From contig JBILMF010000001.1 of assembly GCA_044375655.1 (NCBI GenBank), forward strand, positions 36,727 to 100,726: a DNA stretch of 64,000 nucleotides, read 5' to 3'. Positions 62,303-64,000 of this stretch are shown here, piece by piece (the stretch's first letter is position 1; every line of letters starts with the position of its first letter). Source of the stretch: Steroidobacteraceae bacterium (GTDB taxonomy: Bacteria > Pseudomonadota > Gammaproteobacteria > Steroidobacterales > Steroidobacteraceae). A model generated the notes under the pieces. That model was not told the origin of the DNA. It made no database searches and saw only the letters and a list, made by a program, of their open reading frames with translations. The translations under genes and the position numbers were made by a program.

Positions 62303-64000
62303 ATGACCCATCTCATCGCAGCCCTCATCCTCCTCGGCCTGACTATCTGGGCCCTGACGCTCAAGGGCGGCGTCATCGCGATCCTCTTTGTCGCGGCCCT
62401 GCTCTATCTGGCCTACAAGCGCCTGAGCCTGCTCGCCTACACGGCCACCTTCGGCGTCCTGCTGCTTGCCTACTCGGCGATCGGCGAGCCGGCGGGACTG
62501 TGGAAGGGATTTCTTTGGATGCTGTTCGCGGCGCTGGTGCTGCTCAACGTGGTGCCCTTGCGGCAGGCGCTGGTATCGCGACCCTTCATGCGCATCTACC
62601 GGCGCATGCTGCCCGCGATGTCCTCCACCGAGCGCGAGGCGCTCGAGGCCGGCACCGTCTGGTGGGACGGCGAACTCTTCACCGGCAAGCCCGACTGGTC
62701 GAAGCTGCTGGGCGCCAAGGCTCCGCAACTGACCGCCGAGGAACAGGCCTTCCTCGACGGTCCCTGCGAGGAGCTTTGCCGGATGATCGACGACTTCGAC
62801 ATCACGCACCGCCGCGGCGACATGCCGCCGGAGGTGTGGGACTTCCTCAAGCGCAAGGGCTTCTTCTCGATGATCATCCAGAAGAAGTACGGCGGGCTCG
62901 AATTCTCGGCCTATGCCCACTCCTGCGTGCTCGCCAAGCTGTCGAGCCGCAGCACCACGGTGTCCTCGACCGTGGCGGTACCGAACTCGCTGGGCCCCGG
63001 CGAGCTGCTGCAGCACTACGGCACGGAGGAGCAGAAGAACCACTACCTGCCGCGGCTTGCGCGCGGCGAGGACATTCCCTGCTTCGCGCTTACCGGTCCG
63101 CGCGCCGGGTCCGACGCCGCCTCGCTGCCCGACACCGGTGTCGTCTGCCGCGGCCAGTGGGAGGGCCGCGAGATCATCGGCCTGCGGCTCAACTTCTCCA
63201 AGCGCTACATCACGCTGGCGCCGGTGGCGACCGTGATCGGCCTCGCCTTCCGCATGTTCGATCCCGAGCGCCTGCTCGGCGGCGAAGCGGACCTCGGCAT
63301 CACTTGTGCCCTGATCCCCCGCGGCACGCCAGGCATCAGCATCGGACGCCGCCACTTTCCGCTCAACATCCCGTTCCAGAACGGCCCCATCGCCGGCAAG
63401 GATGTGTTCGTGCCGCTCGACTTCATCATCGGCGGACCGAACATGGCGGGTCAGGGCTGGCGCATGCTAGTAGAGCAGCTGTCGGTAGGCCGCTGCATCT
63501 CGCTGCCCTCGAGCAGCACCGGCGGCGCCAAGGCCGCGGTCTTCGCCACCGGTGCCTATGCGCGCATCCGCCGCCAGTTCAACATGCCGATCGGCCAGTT
63601 TGAGGGCATCGAGAGCGTGATCGCGCGCATGGTGGGACTCACCTACACCATGGACGCGGCCCGTTCGGTGACTGCCGGCGCCATCGACGGTGGCGAGAAG
63701 CCCTCGGTGCCGTCGGCGATGCTCAAGTACCACGTCACCGAGATGGGCAGGCAGATCGCCAACGACACCATGGACGTGCACGGCGGCAAGGGCATCTGCC
63801 TCGGCCCGCGCAACTATCTCGGTCGCGGCTATCAGGTCGTGCCGGTGGCGATCACCGTCGAGGGCGCGAACATCCTCACCCGCAGCCTGATCATCTTTGG
63901 CCAGGGCGCGATCCGCTGCCATCCGTATGTCCTCAAGGAAATGGAAGCGGCCCGCAACCCGGACCGTCGCCAAGGCATCCGCGAATTCGACAGCGCGCTG
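62303..64000 (+). CDS. fadE: FadE-type acyl-CoA dehydrogenase, 3'-truncated by the window edge
   Basis: Absent from the ORF track because it has no stop in the window. Translation from ATG 62303 gives [18 protein letters not shown]... (N-terminal TM helices typical of FadE), then [29 protein letters not shown] and HGGKGI. The frame stays open to nt 64000. Confidence 0.85.
   Translation, partial: MTHLIAALILLGLTIWALTLKGGVIAILFVAALLYLAYKRLSLLAYTATFGVLLLAYSAIGEPAGLWKGFLWMLFAALVLLNVVPLRQALVSRPFMRIYRRMLPAMSSTEREALEAGTVWWDGELFTGKPDWSKLLGAKAPQLTAEEQAFLDGPCEELCRMIDDFDITHRRGDMPPEVWDFLKRKGFFSMIIQKKYGGLEFSAYAHSCVLAKLSSRSTTVSSTVAVPNSLGPGELLQHYGTEEQKNHYLPRLARGEDIPCFALTGPRAGSDAASLPDTGVVCRGQWEGREIIGLRLNFSKRYITLAPVATVIGLAFRMFDPERLLGGEADLGITCALIPRGTPGISIGRRHFPLNIPFQNGPIAGKDVFVPLDFIIGGPNMAGQGWRMLVEQLSVGRCISLPSSSTGGAKAAVFATGAYARIRRQFNMPIGQFEGIESVIARMVGLTYTMDAARSVTAGAIDGGEKPSVPSAMLKYHVTEMGRQIANDTMDVHGGKGICLGPRNYLGRGYQVVPVAITVEGANILTRSLIIFGQGAIRCHPYVLKEMEAARNPDRRQGIREFDSAL

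Noticed and set aside
62500-63603. 367-aa plus-strand track ORF.
   Set aside because: It is out of frame with the FadE-type acyl-CoA dehydrogenase that starts at 62303 and runs to the window end, and its translation is Arg/Ala-rich junk.

Overview
High-GC proteobacterial chromosome segment with strong GC3 bias. The synteny blocks dapF-DUF484-xerC-hslV-hslU, yifB-ubiK/glnK-amtB and an Mla/MCE-type operon suggest a betaproteobacterium, but this is inference only. I call about 58 protein genes and see no rRNA, tRNA, CRISPR array or IS element. From 14.6 to 64 kb the window is mostly core metabolism and envelope housekeeping. The left 14 kb looks accessory. It holds three paralogous membrane-anchored TIR-domain proteins, each with a cytoplasmic TIR domain, one TM helix and a periplasmic TolB-like beta-propeller or TPR module. 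Next to them lies an ORF that fuses a DprA/LOG-like (SLOG) Rossmann domain to two SLATT-type 2TM modules. The same block also carries a vapBC pair, a window-truncated TPR protein, an EptA/MCR-family phosphoethanolamine transferase and an Omp85-family protein. I read this as a candidate, experimentally undescribed Thoeris-like nucleotide-signalling system. In this reading the TIR producers are wired as trans-envelope receptors and the effector is a SLOG-gated membrane protein. Secondary observations: a GlnK with a non-canonical T-loop base, a CarH/LitR-type B12 photoreceptor regulator divergent from a fasciclin gene, a CDGSH protein coupled to a STAS-MlaE operon, several short tandem repeats at gene ends, and a leaderless-looking vapBC promoter. 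All domain calls come from motif reading by eye; no database search was run. Many track ORFs are high-GC antisense or out-of-frame shadows and were discarded. One real gene (fadE, 62303 to the window end) is missing from the track because it has no stop in the window.
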